Positions 52,792 to 64,000 of a DNA stretch of 64,000 nucleotides are shown here, piece by piece (positions within the stretch are counted from its first letter, which is position 1; each line of letters starts with the position of its first letter). The notes below the pieces were generated by a model, which made no database searches, was not told the DNA's origin, and saw only the letters and a program-made list of their open reading frames with translations. Made by a program: the position numbers and the translations under genes. Source of the stretch: Octopus bimaculoides (lineage: Eukaryota); contig NC_068994.1 of NCBI RefSeq assembly GCF_001194135.2, positions 16,721,551 through 16,785,550 of the forward strand, in the 5' to 3' direction.

Positions 52792-53137
52792 TTGTATACA
52801 TAAACATACTTTTGGTTGCATTTCATTAAAAAAAAAAACCCCAAAACAACAGCATGTCAAATTTTCGGAAAGTGAAACACTACAATACTATTACGATTTT
52901 CCTTTGACTGCACATTAGTTTTATTATTTTGCAATTAGAGTCATATAAAATTCAATGTTATTTATATTACTGGTACTTATTTTATCGATTTAGGTAAAAA
53001 TCAAAGCAAATGCCTCAGAAAGTGCCACTAAAAACTATGCATTACTAGCATGCTATAATTGAAGATTTAATCAGGAAGGCTCACGATGTCTGCTAGCTGT
53101 AAAAGCCGTTGTTATTGATTTTGGTTTCGCTTATTGC

Positions 53138-53180
<43 letters not shown>

Positions 53181-53321
53181 TTCCGTAAAACTAAATGATA
53201 GATTGTCAAGCTTTTATCAAGATGACTGAGCAAAATTTGTCTCCGAATTAAATTTTGGTGTTTTTTTTTAAAAATAAATATTGTTAGTAGACGAGATTTC
53301 GTAACAATTATTATAACACAT

Positions 53322-53357
<36 letters not shown>

Positions 53358-53798
53358 ACGCATGTACATACATACTTACATACATACATACATATACATA
53401 TATATATATATATATATATTATATNNNNNNNNNNNNNNNNNNNNNNNNNNNNTATATATATATATATATACAGACATGGGTACTATACGCATATATATAT
53501 ATATATATATGCGCATGCATGCGTGCGTGTATGTAGTTTTTTTTTTTTTTTGCAATAAATAACTTTTGAAATATTTATATTTGAATCCTATTTGCTTCAT
53601 TTAAATTCTAATTAAAAAAACAGTTCGATATAATTCTTTATTATTATCTTTTTTCTATGTGTTTCCAAGATGAATTTTTTTATTTTATTTACGAAGACCA
53701 AAGACAGTATGCGTGTGCGTGTGTCTGTATAAGAAGTAGGCATGTGTTTTTAGGACCGACAAACGTGAACCTCGCGTGGCCAGAGTTGAACACAGAAA

Positions 53799-53841
53799 AT
53801 GGCGGGGATAAGCAATGCTGTGCTTTTGCGAAGCATTCGAG
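53799..53841 (+). CDS. Exon 1 of a DEK_C-domain protein gene (UAF30/Spp27-like)
   Basis: gaaaATGGCG...CGAG|gtaagc encoding MAGISNAVLLRSIR. Phase 1 joins exactly to the 55201 exon. Confidence 0.8.
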
Positions 53842-55200
53842 GTAAGCATATCACACAGAACATCCATAAAAATGTCTATCACCTGTCTATATACCTTATG
53901 AAAATAGCAATAAACTTCCTTCCTTTCCTCCTGATTCGTTTTGCCTGACTTTCTGTCGTGACACTAGTTTTATTTGATCCTTTTTTTCTTCATAAGATGC
54001 CATCGTTATAATAATGTTAATTATTTCGTCGGACATCTCCCTAAATATGTCTAATTTGCGCGAATGAATATTCACTTGCTCTTCATTGCTGTCCTTGCAT
54101 TGTCTAGGTAGATGATTTTTCCCCATAGTCTTCTACTTCTTATCTTGGATACAAGCTCCCGAAGTGATGCATTCTTAAGATGTATACATCTTCACACATG
54201 CAGCCATGTCTCTTATGTGTATAAATATATACACATGTGTGTATATGTATGTGTATAGATGTATGTAGAGTCAGCCGTTTGTGCATGTTTACAGTGATCT
54301 TTGAAAAAATATATATATCTGTTGTCGCTGCTTGTTTTTATTTAACAGATTTATTTATATTTTTTTATCATTTCTTCTCCATTAGTGACCACCTCTACTG
54401 TTTTTACCTTTTTGTTTTAGTTGCTAGCTGTTCTGATTGTCTCCTCGTAAGATGGAGAAGTAAAAATGAAAAAAAAAAAAGAAGTCAACACTTTATATTT
54501 TTGTTGTTGCAGAATTGGCAAATTTAAAACCACTTGTAATGGATTTCTTGTAATATACACCAAATATAATCATAGGTTCGCCTTTTCAGAGCATTAATGA
54601 TAATAATAGCGATTGTTTTGTCTGTTCTCCGCCTGTCTTTGTGTGCCTGTGTACATTTCATGATTTGTAACAGATTACTATATTTTACTATTCCACCCCA
54701 CCTCTTGCTGAATGCAAATTTTGAAAATAAAAGAAACAATAACCTAATGGTGAAGTAACTCTAATTTATAAATGTTTCTTCCACTTTGTATTATTAGTTT
54801 TATTTTTACTTCTCTCTAAGCTATTTCCCCCTACACCTTGCCCCTTTCTGACCACTTGGTTTTTGTAAAAGACAGTTTTACTTCTTTTAGGATTTATACT
54901 TCTATCAATTCTCACAAAATACCAAATGTTTTAAATTTCTCTTTGTATTTTCCCATGCTCTTTGCTGTTTTTGCTTCTTCCTCGCCATAGCAGCTAAATA
55001 CCCTCCTCAAAACCATACCTTAAAAAAATTGTTGGTCTTGAACTTAAAAGACACGATTATCACAGTTTTTTGGTTACAGGTCTGTTTAATCAGGACTTAT
55101 CAAAATATGCAAAATAAGAAGAAAAAAAATCATTATTATCCAGAGTTTATTATCTTTGAAAATGAATATAAATAACACCATCGATCTGTTTTGGTTCCAG

Positions 55201-55291
55201 AAATACTCAAAGGAGCAGATCTCTCCTCTCTGTCGGCTAAAAAAGTTCGACGGAAACTTGAGGAAAAATTTGGAGCAGACTTAACAGATCG
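55201..55291 (+). CDS. Exon 2 of the DEK_C-domain protein gene
   Basis: ttccag|(E)ILKGADLSSLSAKKVRRKLEEKFGADLTD(R)|gtacgt, a clear DEK_C signature. Its N-terminal position fits UAF30/Spp27-like DEK_C+SWIB proteins rather than DEK. No convincing downstream exon in the window. Confidence 0.85.
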
Positions 55292-58200
55292 GTACGTAAA
55301 AGGCTTTTTAAATATATTTTTACCGAGGTTTTTCCCTTTTCCTTTTGGTTTCATGACGTGTGTGTGTGTGTGTTTTAAGTTCGATTTAGCCGTCGATCCA
55401 TGCTACTTGTTTGATCGAATCCAGTAAAAAAAATCACAGGAAAAACTTTAATAAATGACTGATTTAATGGTTTTTTTTTTAATGATTTCATTGTTTTAAG
55501 ATATTGAATAAAACGATGTTTTCGACATACGTGTAACACCCAATTTCTATAAATTGTGCTGTCATTTGGTGATAGGAGTAATTTATTATCACTTAATAAG
55601 CAACTTAAAGTAAAAAAAAAAAAAAAATTTCAATCATTTACACTATTTAAAAGAAATGTAATATTTTTCTTCTGTGATTCTATCTATTTCCGTTTGCCAC
55701 CCAGCTCCCTCCCAAAGGATTAAAAAATTAACAAGATGTCTCATCTCCAGCAAAATTTGTAATTGCTAAAAAAAAAAAAAAAGAAACTACAACTCGTAGG
55801 TGATGATGCTTCATGTGTGATGAGTTCAATTTAGCTCTCTATCCACTTTTCCTGTCTTGGTCATCTCNNNNNNNNNNNNNNNNNNNNNNNNNNNNNNNNN
55901 NNNNNNNNNNNNNNNNNNNNNNNNNNNNNNNNNNNNNNNNNNNNNNNNNNNNNNNNNNNNNNNNNNATATATATATCCCTGTGAGATAAAGCTACACAGA
56001 ACAGGATTTAAATATCGGTCGTGTGAACAACAGCGGGATTGAAGTGTCGAACTGTTTTACTATAAGTGATTCTACAGCTTACAGTAATAATGGTTTCTTA
56101 CATTAGCTGGAGCCAGATGTTTATAGTAAAGGAGTGTATATGCAGTTTGATTGAATGGACCCTAGGGTTTTTTTTTTTGTTGTTGCTCGAACTCGTGTTA
56201 TCAATATAGGAAGGGTGATGACCAAAAGTTGAACTCGACCCCGAAGACGATGGTCTGAACTGAGAAGGGCTAGTCTAAGTAAATCTTTTTAAAGCGTTTA
56301 ATCTGGCATTTCTACCTATTCTGCCAACAGAAACGCTGAGGTAACTTGTTTTGACTTGATGTCAGACATTCCATTTGCGACCATCCACTCTTTTCTTTCT
56401 TCCTGTACAGGGAACCCGGGATCATATCCAACAGATCGGGTCCTTTTCTCGGCTCGTATTATTTGAGGCAGATTTGACTGCTATTTCTAGTTGGTTCGTT
56501 TGTATCACCATACAGTAAACTCGTTCTCTAACGCTTCAGATAATTGTGGGATCGTGTTTGCGTAGCCAAAAACCTTTCGTAAAATGCAAAGAAATTATAT
56601 ATATACTTGTGTATCAAACAAAGTTAATATGCAAGTTAACATTTAATAGCTTTATTTAGTTAAACTTACGAAGTACTATTTCAAAGCTAAGTCGATCCAA
56701 TATCATAATATATCTTTTAACATGTTTCATGCGTTCTAATAGTTTTATCTCGACAAAATTACATATTCTATTTATATCGTGGTTTTGTCTTCTCTGGACC
56801 AAATAATTTGTTATGGTTTATCGGAGTGGTCTGAATTGTTTTCTTGTAATTCGTTTGCATTATTTGTTGAATTTACACCTTTTTGTGTTTTTTCTCTTGC
56901 TTCTTGTACACTCGATCGTTTTCCTTTTTTTTTTTTCGTTTTACTCGGTCTTCTTTTCTCCGTTCTCTCTTTCTGTTTTATATGTATGTCTGTGTTTATA
57001 CTTGCTTGTTACAATGTCAATCATTTCAAGAGTGTTTAATGCTTATTTTACTCTTGCTCCAACTCAAAACGTATATATGTGTATATATATATATGTGTGT
57101 GAGTGTGTGCAATATACCTGTTACATTTTATTTCTATTCGCCATTATCAGAGTGAGAGAGAGAGAGAGAAAGAAAAAGGATTGTTTTACTCAAGTCTGCC
57201 TCTCTGTTCTTCCTTATCTCCCCAGCAACCGCCACCACCACCATTCTAAAAAGATGGTATCAAACGACTTCCTTCCTGCTTTCCTTTTTTCTCGACGTGA
57301 GTTCCGTTAAAGGAACGCTTTTGTCTTGCACAAGATTTTTGCTTTCTGCAAGAATTTATTATTCTTAATTGTTTTTTTTCTTTTGCATTTTCAGAAAGGA
57401 GGTTGACATATGGAATTATGTCAATTCCCTAGTTAGATATTTATTTCTGGTGGGCGGGGCATTTCACGGACGCTAGATACTGTGGTATTTTTTTTTTTGT
57501 TTTATCGTGTAACTTTTTTATATTCATTAAACAAGCTGTTATCAGCATTATTGTAACGAGATGCAAAGCGCTAAATTATCGGGAGGGACCCGGTCACTTG
57601 TCAAGCTAGTTCTCCATTTGCTAATGCCATAATGGAAAGACATGAAAGTTACAACTCAACTTTGTCAATCCTACTCTCCGTTCGCTATAAATTTCTAGCT
57701 TCGTAGTCGAAATCGGCTTTGCACGGGGAAAGGCATGGAACTCACTAGCTCTTTTGTCGACCCCCCCCCCTCCCACTATCCGTCCGCTATGAATTCCTCG
57801 CCGGTATCGGCTTTGCCTTTTTCTCATCATCAGTCCAAGGGCGATATGTGCTTTGTTTAGTCGGTCCGTTCAGTATTAAGAATGATGGATGACAATCGGT
57901 AGTGTGTCGCAAAAAATGCCTCGCAGTATTTAACTGCATTCCTTTATGTTCTGAGTTCGAATCGGTTGGCGTCGACTTTGCTTTTCATTTTTTAAATTTT
58001 TTATCGGGGTTCCTTAAAGTAATTAGCAATTTCAAATGCTATTGGGACGATCTAATGGACTTATGCTTCTACCCCGAAATGTGTTGGTTCTGTACCTGTG
58101 CTAGAAATGCCTTATTACTGCTGATGTGGTAATTTCAGGGTAACGTTTTACCAACTCACTTTACCAATTTTAGTACATAAATACTGATGTGAACGAGGGA

Positions 58201-61200
58201 GCCTACACGTTGTTGTTTAATCTACTGGAAATAACAGTCCGATATCCCCGAATACTTTTGATTAGGTAGATCACTGCTTTATGTTTCAATGATTTTAATG
58301 CTTTCTTTACTCGTCAACAAAATAAACTCCGAAAGATAATGCTTTGTTTGTTTCGGCATAAAGGATAAACTATTTGTATCGGAGAGAATTGAAAGCGAAG
58401 TTTCTCTTTTCGGCGAACATCAAATAGGCTTCATACCACCTGCTCCATGTCCATCACGCTAGTTTGTTGGGAACAAATGTCTTGCAATAATTAGCCTGTT
58501 TCAAATCCCGTTAGAGTTGGATTTGCTTTTCATTTATTCTATCCTGATCAATAAAAGCACCTTCGAATTTATGTCGCGTGCCAATTTTTTTTTTATTCGT
58601 TATTATGGCAGAAACAATTAGCTTGTCAGATTACATGTCATACGTTATTTTTTTTTTTTTTACCTCTTAGATTCGAGTTCAAATTCCATTCAAGTCGGTA
58701 AAATAAATACTAGGTATGTGGCTCAACTCGCTTCAGTCGATTTCTCTCAGAGTAAGTGGCCTTATGTAAAATGTAATTTACACAAGCGCCCCAAACGATT
58801 TCTTTTTGCGTAGACGTTGGACCTGCTATAAATAATAGGTAAATCCTATTTAGTCGAGTCACACAATACCGTCTTATAAAAACGAAGCATACATTTGATA
58901 ATGTGGTCCGCGATAAGCTGTCCGAATAATAGACGAGGTAGCCACGGCCGGACTGTTTCTGATCGCACAGGTTTGCTCAATCAGGACAAACTGGAGCTTA
59001 AAATTCTTTCTATTTTATTCTCTTTCCCTCACATACACACGTGCGTGTGTATGTGTATAAGCGAAAGCGAATCGAACTCAGCAGCACGTGTTCAGGGAGT
59101 TAAAAGTATTTAACAGGTTGACTGTGTATGTGTGACGAGGCACCCCTCCGCTCATATCGACCCAGTACCCGTTTCAACAATCCCTTCTGCATACACCACA
59201 ATCCAACACGTTTTTGCTGGCATCATAACTCACCCTGATTTTTGTAGGGCTAGGGACATCAGCTATAAAAAATCTATAATACTCTGTATGTGTGTATACA
59301 TACGTACATTATATATATATATATATATATATATGAATAATTTTGCTTACGTGTGTATTTTATCGTATTGTTCTTTTAATATTTAGAAGTTTTGTGTGTG
59401 TGTGTGTGTGTTTGTTTCTGGGCTTAAAATTGTCTAAATGTAAACTTGAATATGGTCGCTTTAATGTACAGCGACGGTGGGAAGAGAGCAAACGAGGAAG
59501 AATTTATGATGATTCGATTGCATTTCCTTTTTGCTCTGCTCGGTTCTTTGTCTCGTTGCATTTTTCAATTCCAATCCAGTCCAATCCTCCCAGAAATCTT
59601 AGCAGCAAATATCCCCAACACTTCTTTCCTTTTAAGGAAGAAAAAAAGTATCGAGCGACGAGGATTATTTTTTTTGTTTGTTTGTTTTTCCTCACACACT
59701 TGCTGTCATCAAACATCTGATCGAAGGCATTCTAGCCTTGATCAGTTTCTTTTTCTTTCTTCCTTTTTTCTTTAGATGTTATTTCTAGGACTACATTATC
59801 CAGTGAGTCCTTTTATGTTAAGACGTAGGATGTAGTTTGAAATAGATTTAACTGCTATTTCTAGCGAGTAACCACATTTTTTTTTTTGCCTCGTTGCTTT
59901 GTTATTGTTTAGCCCAAGATCTGCCAAACCTCTGGTAAAGGCGTTGCAACCGTGACCATCTTCTCTTTTTTGGATATCGAAGAATAACATTGTTCAATGA
60001 GTCTTGCCCTTTTGTTTTAAACGATAGAAACTAATTTGAAGGAGATTTAGCTGCTATTTTTATTTTGCCGTTTGGGCTACTGCATATAATCTCTTGGTTC
60101 GTTATCATTGTGTTGCTATTCGTAATGTGGTTGTCAATTTAAGTACTCCACCTTTTTTCCCCTTTGAGCGGCTTAGGTTTCAAAATTTTTTTATTTTTGT
60201 GCTATCCTTGCATTACTTTTTCCAAAAATATCATAAGAAATAAAATATGCATTATGTGCACTTCACATCTGCAGTGAAGCTAGTCTATGATATTTCAATT
60301 TTTTTTTTTTTACATTTTCACGAATATGTTTTCCTCCCCATTCGTCATTATGCTGTCTGTTTCATTTTGCTGTTGTCACTTATTACACCGTATAATTTTT
60401 AGTTCTTTTCAACGCATCGCTCCCTGTTAAGAATCCCCTCCCTTTCTTTTATTTCATTATCTCCTATTGTGTTTTATAGCAAATGGTTTAAGAAAATCGG
60501 TTGCTTGCTACTTGTACATATTTCACTTAGATCTCTACTGATTGTGTGTGTAGACGAATATATAGAACTTGCTTTCTCTCTCTTTTTTTATTTTGTAAGA
60601 ATGAATTGATATTACTCTAATTTCTCGCGATCTCTCAAGTTCTATCTACTTTCTTTGTACAGTGTTGGATTTTGTTTATATATATTTGTAAAAATTATTT
60701 TGTCCTGATTATTTTATCATTGGTGCTGAAATGACTTTATATTAATTCTTACTCATTCAAATGGTTGTCTTAAATACGAGCAAACATTGAACTTAAATAT
60801 CAAAGCAATTTGAGTTATTTTAGAGAAGTATGATCATAAATTAAGTGCTAGCAGTTTAATAGATTACAGTTGCTGAAGCATATAACAATTGATGCAGATA
60901 GTGAAGTAAACAAGTTGATGTGTGAAAGCCTTGTCATCTCATTCTTTTTTCCTCACTTCAAATCTTCCCTTGTCTAGCTTGGCCTTTCATCTGTCTAACG
61001 TCGATTTAAAATAAATTTTGATAAAATTCTGGAATTGTTTCAGTCAACCATACTACTTAAGGAAAACAAAGATCTGCATTATATCCTATAAGAAATAATG
61101 CTGGTGATCATGTTATGTAATACTTCTTGAGCAGACCTCTAAGCACTTTGGTTACTGGTCGAATATCTAGTTGTAATCCATGGATCCAGTACTGTAGTCT

Positions 61201-62789
61201 ATTCCTGGATCACCCACCAGCATGCATTAGTTTATTGTGCCAGATGTAGTGTAGCATGTTACATTGCCTCAGTTGTCCTGTCTGTTCTTGTATTCATATG
61301 TATAATTGGTGGTCCCCTAGAGGTGAGGCAAAGTGGATTCAGGCTGGATCTGACAATTGCTTCTCTCCAGCATTTCTTTCCGGTAGTGTGTATCCCAATA
61401 GCTGCTAACTTTCCTTTTAAACCAAATCCTTGCTATCTGAAAATGGGACAGACATAGTGTGAAAGTCAATTTGGGAAGAAAACGTGTTCCTTGTTTGGAA
61501 GTTCAGTCAGATAATCAAATCTTTTATTTCCAACACACAGGTAACCGTTATAAGGTTTGTGTGGTGGACACTGTGTTATGACTAAGTTCCTCACAGAAAG
61601 AAGTACATGACAGTTTTTTTAATTTTCAGTGATTCTCAGGTCCTTAATCATCAATCTCCTTGGAAATTATTTTCCTACCTCCAAAGAAAAGTAGAGGCGT
61701 TATTTATATGTCATGTTGACAGTTTTTTGTAAGTTTGTTAGTCTCAATTGACCATATACAATTAAATAATGAAATTCACGTGGTGGATTTGAATGTATAA
61801 CACCTGAATATTCTTATTCACCTGGTCATCATTTTGTCTTAATGAGAAAGTATTGTAACTTACTCCCTAGTGTCACCAAGATCCAACGTCAGTCTTTGCT
61901 AGCTTTTCCATTTCAGCTCTTTAAAGTGTCAAGGCTACAAAAATTTTGGTTCTCAATATTGTATTTCCAAAGAGAAGGCAATTTTTTCTCTTCTTAATAG
62001 AAAATACAGGAAAAAGAAATACATTTTAACAGTATAATGCATAGAACTGATACTTATTTTCATATCTTTTCTAACTAACTTTCTATAGTTTATAAAATAC
62101 CCCCAATAAAATGCAGGCGGTTTTCTTCCAACCAACTGTATTCTTTCTTTTTACAAGAGTTTTTCTCATGTGAAAATAAAATCCATTGTTATATGTAATC
62201 AATTTCCATGAAAAAACAAATTCATGAGTAAGACCAACTTTGTAATTATCAGTCTTCTATCCTTTCTCCATTTACATCTAGGAAAGTGTTTCAGGATTAG
62301 GCAAGGTGTTTCTTCCTTCCCTTTCCTTCCACTGTGTGGCAAAAGAAGGAGCGATGTTTCGCATCTCACAATGCAATTCAGTCCCTAATTCTAAATGCTT
62401 CCATCACTGCCTTGAGAATTTTCTCAGAAGTGAATGGAGAAAAATTGTTTGCATATTTCAGTCACTCCCTTCCTTCTGATATTCAGTTTTGCATTTGGGG
62501 ATTCCTTGTGACTGTTATTTCTATATTTTTCACTTTGTCAGTTTAGAGAGAGAGAGAGAGAGAGAGAGTTCAGGTTTGTTTTTCTGGGGAGAGAGATTTA
62601 TTAAATTTTTAAGGAGATAAAAAAAAAAAAGAAAAAAGTCCCCTGCCCCATGTTTTCATGTTTTTTCTGCATGTAGTGTTTGNNNNNNNNNNAAAAGTCC
62701 CCTGCCCCATGTTTTCATGTTTTTTTCTGCATGTAGTGTTTGTTTTGTCTTATGAAATGGCTTCATTGTTCTGGGTTCTCAATTGCTGA

Positions 62790-62848
<59 letters not shown>

Positions 62849-62994
62849 AGGGAATTCATAAAAAAACAAGACGAAGACAAGTGGTGTAGACAAAAAACAT
62901 ATATTAGTTTAACGCTCGGGAAGTGAAAAAGTTTTTAATGTTTTGAGCTTACGCTTTTCCACAGAAAGAAACAAGGAGAGAAAATATATATGAT

Positions 62995-63181
62995 CATGTT
63001 GGTGCCACAGAAGAAGCACCTAGTACACTCTGTGGAGTGGTTGGCATTAGGAAGGGCACTGAGCCATAGAAACCATGCCAGAACAAGCAATGGATTCTGG
63101 TGCAGCCCCTGGTCTTACCAACTCTAGTCAAACTGTCCAACCCATACCAGCATGGAAAACTGATGTTAAATGATGATGATG
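62995..63181 (+). mobile_element. Older RTE 3'-UTR fragment
   Basis: Diverged copy of the same tail (ggagtggttggcattaggaagggca...ccagcatggaaaactgatgttaaatgatgatgat). Confidence 0.65.
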
Positions 63182-63399
63182 TAGGCATGGTCATATGATT
63201 AAAAAGTTCCCTTTTCATCCATGTTGCTTTGGTTTTATTCCTTCCTTTGCAGTACTTTAGGCAAGTGTCTTCAATTATAACTTCTGGTTGAGTAAAGAAA
63301 TTCAATGAGACTGAAATCATGTGGATGCTGATTGTGTATGCATAAATGACTGTGTTGGACAAATAAAACCTTCGAAGATTTGGATGCTATTTCTCGCAG

Positions 63400-63780
63400 G
63401 TCAAGTGAGCAAAATGGAAACTCCCACAATAGGTTGTCTGCTAGTGCTATATCCATTTACAAGTGGAATCACATGATGCATGAGTCTCTTGTATTCTTGC
63501 ATACCTTGGACATAAGAGTTTATTAATTGAAAGCTTAGAAGTGACTAGCATGTCCAGTAAGTTGGATGTGTTGCCTGTCAGTCGAGATTGCAAATATCCT
63601 GTAATGCAGTGTGGAAGCTGTAGTGTAGTCTTCTTTTTTTCACTGTTACCCATCCAGTTTTGGTGTGTTCAGCAGTTGGTAGTTATTGTAGCAGAGGTGT
63701 CTAGGAAAATTTGATTGATGTGAAAGCGAATAGAGCATCACATTTGTCATAGAATGTTCGAGCCTGTTAGATGATCTCTA
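63400..63780 (-). mobile_element. LINE APE-endonuclease remnant
   Basis: NC*THQNWMGNS and RLTGNTSNLLDMLVTS resemble the DFNxHHxxW and TR...LDLxLT endonuclease motifs. Heavily decayed. Confidence 0.4.
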
Positions 63781-64000
63781 GCTTTTACATCAGTGGTTCT
63801 CAATTTTTTTGCGTATGGACCCCTTTGATTCCTATTTTGTTCTACTGGACCCAGCCTCATACCCAATCAGTGTCTAAAAAAATCCTGTTATAGGTAAGAA
63901 AGCATGGCAGTGTGGTAAGAAGCTTGCTTCCCAACTACAAGGTTCCGGGTTCAATCCCACTGTGTGATACCTTGGGCAAGTGTCTTCTATAGCCCCAGAC

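Noticed and set aside
55191-55427. Calling the DEK_C exon the DEK proto-oncogene
   Set aside because: The domain begins within the first ~15 residues, whereas DEK carries it at the C-terminus. Gene symbol left blank.
62635-62742. Direct repeat of about 48 bp either side of a 10-N gap
   Set aside because: Typical unmerged contig overlap; an assembly artefact.

Overview
AT-rich, microsatellite- and SINE-dense metazoan genomic DNA with many N gaps. The SINE types and repeat landscape point to a cephalopod, probably Octopus (inference). Three spliced genes can be assembled by hand. (1) ACADSB, a mitochondrial short/branched-chain acyl-CoA dehydrogenase, + strand, about 208-27011; 10 of the expected 11 exons are visible and exon 3 probably lies in the 8481-9444 gap. 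(2) A complete 128-aa HINT1-like histidine-triad protein, - strand, 39535-30585, convergent with ACADSB; its triad reads Y-x-H-x-H instead of H-x-H-x-H. (3) The first two exons of a gene with an N-terminal DEK_C domain (UAF30/Spp27-like), + strand, from 53799. The rest is decayed or non-autonomous mobile DNA: RTE LINEs (one with a PHD-type finger inside the RT C-terminal region), a Gypsy pol remnant, a maT/DD37D-like Tc1/mariner, hAT and Merlin-like MITEs, and several tRNA-derived SINE families, often nested. No CRISPR array, rRNA or genuine tRNA gene is supported. The best leads are a pre-miRNA-shaped hairpin in ACADSB intron 1, the variant HIT motif, the PHD-bearing RTE, an orphan exon between inverted SINEs next to the HINT1 promoter, and a cluster of fold-back elements in HINT1 intron 1. 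None of these can be called a new biological system from sequence alone.
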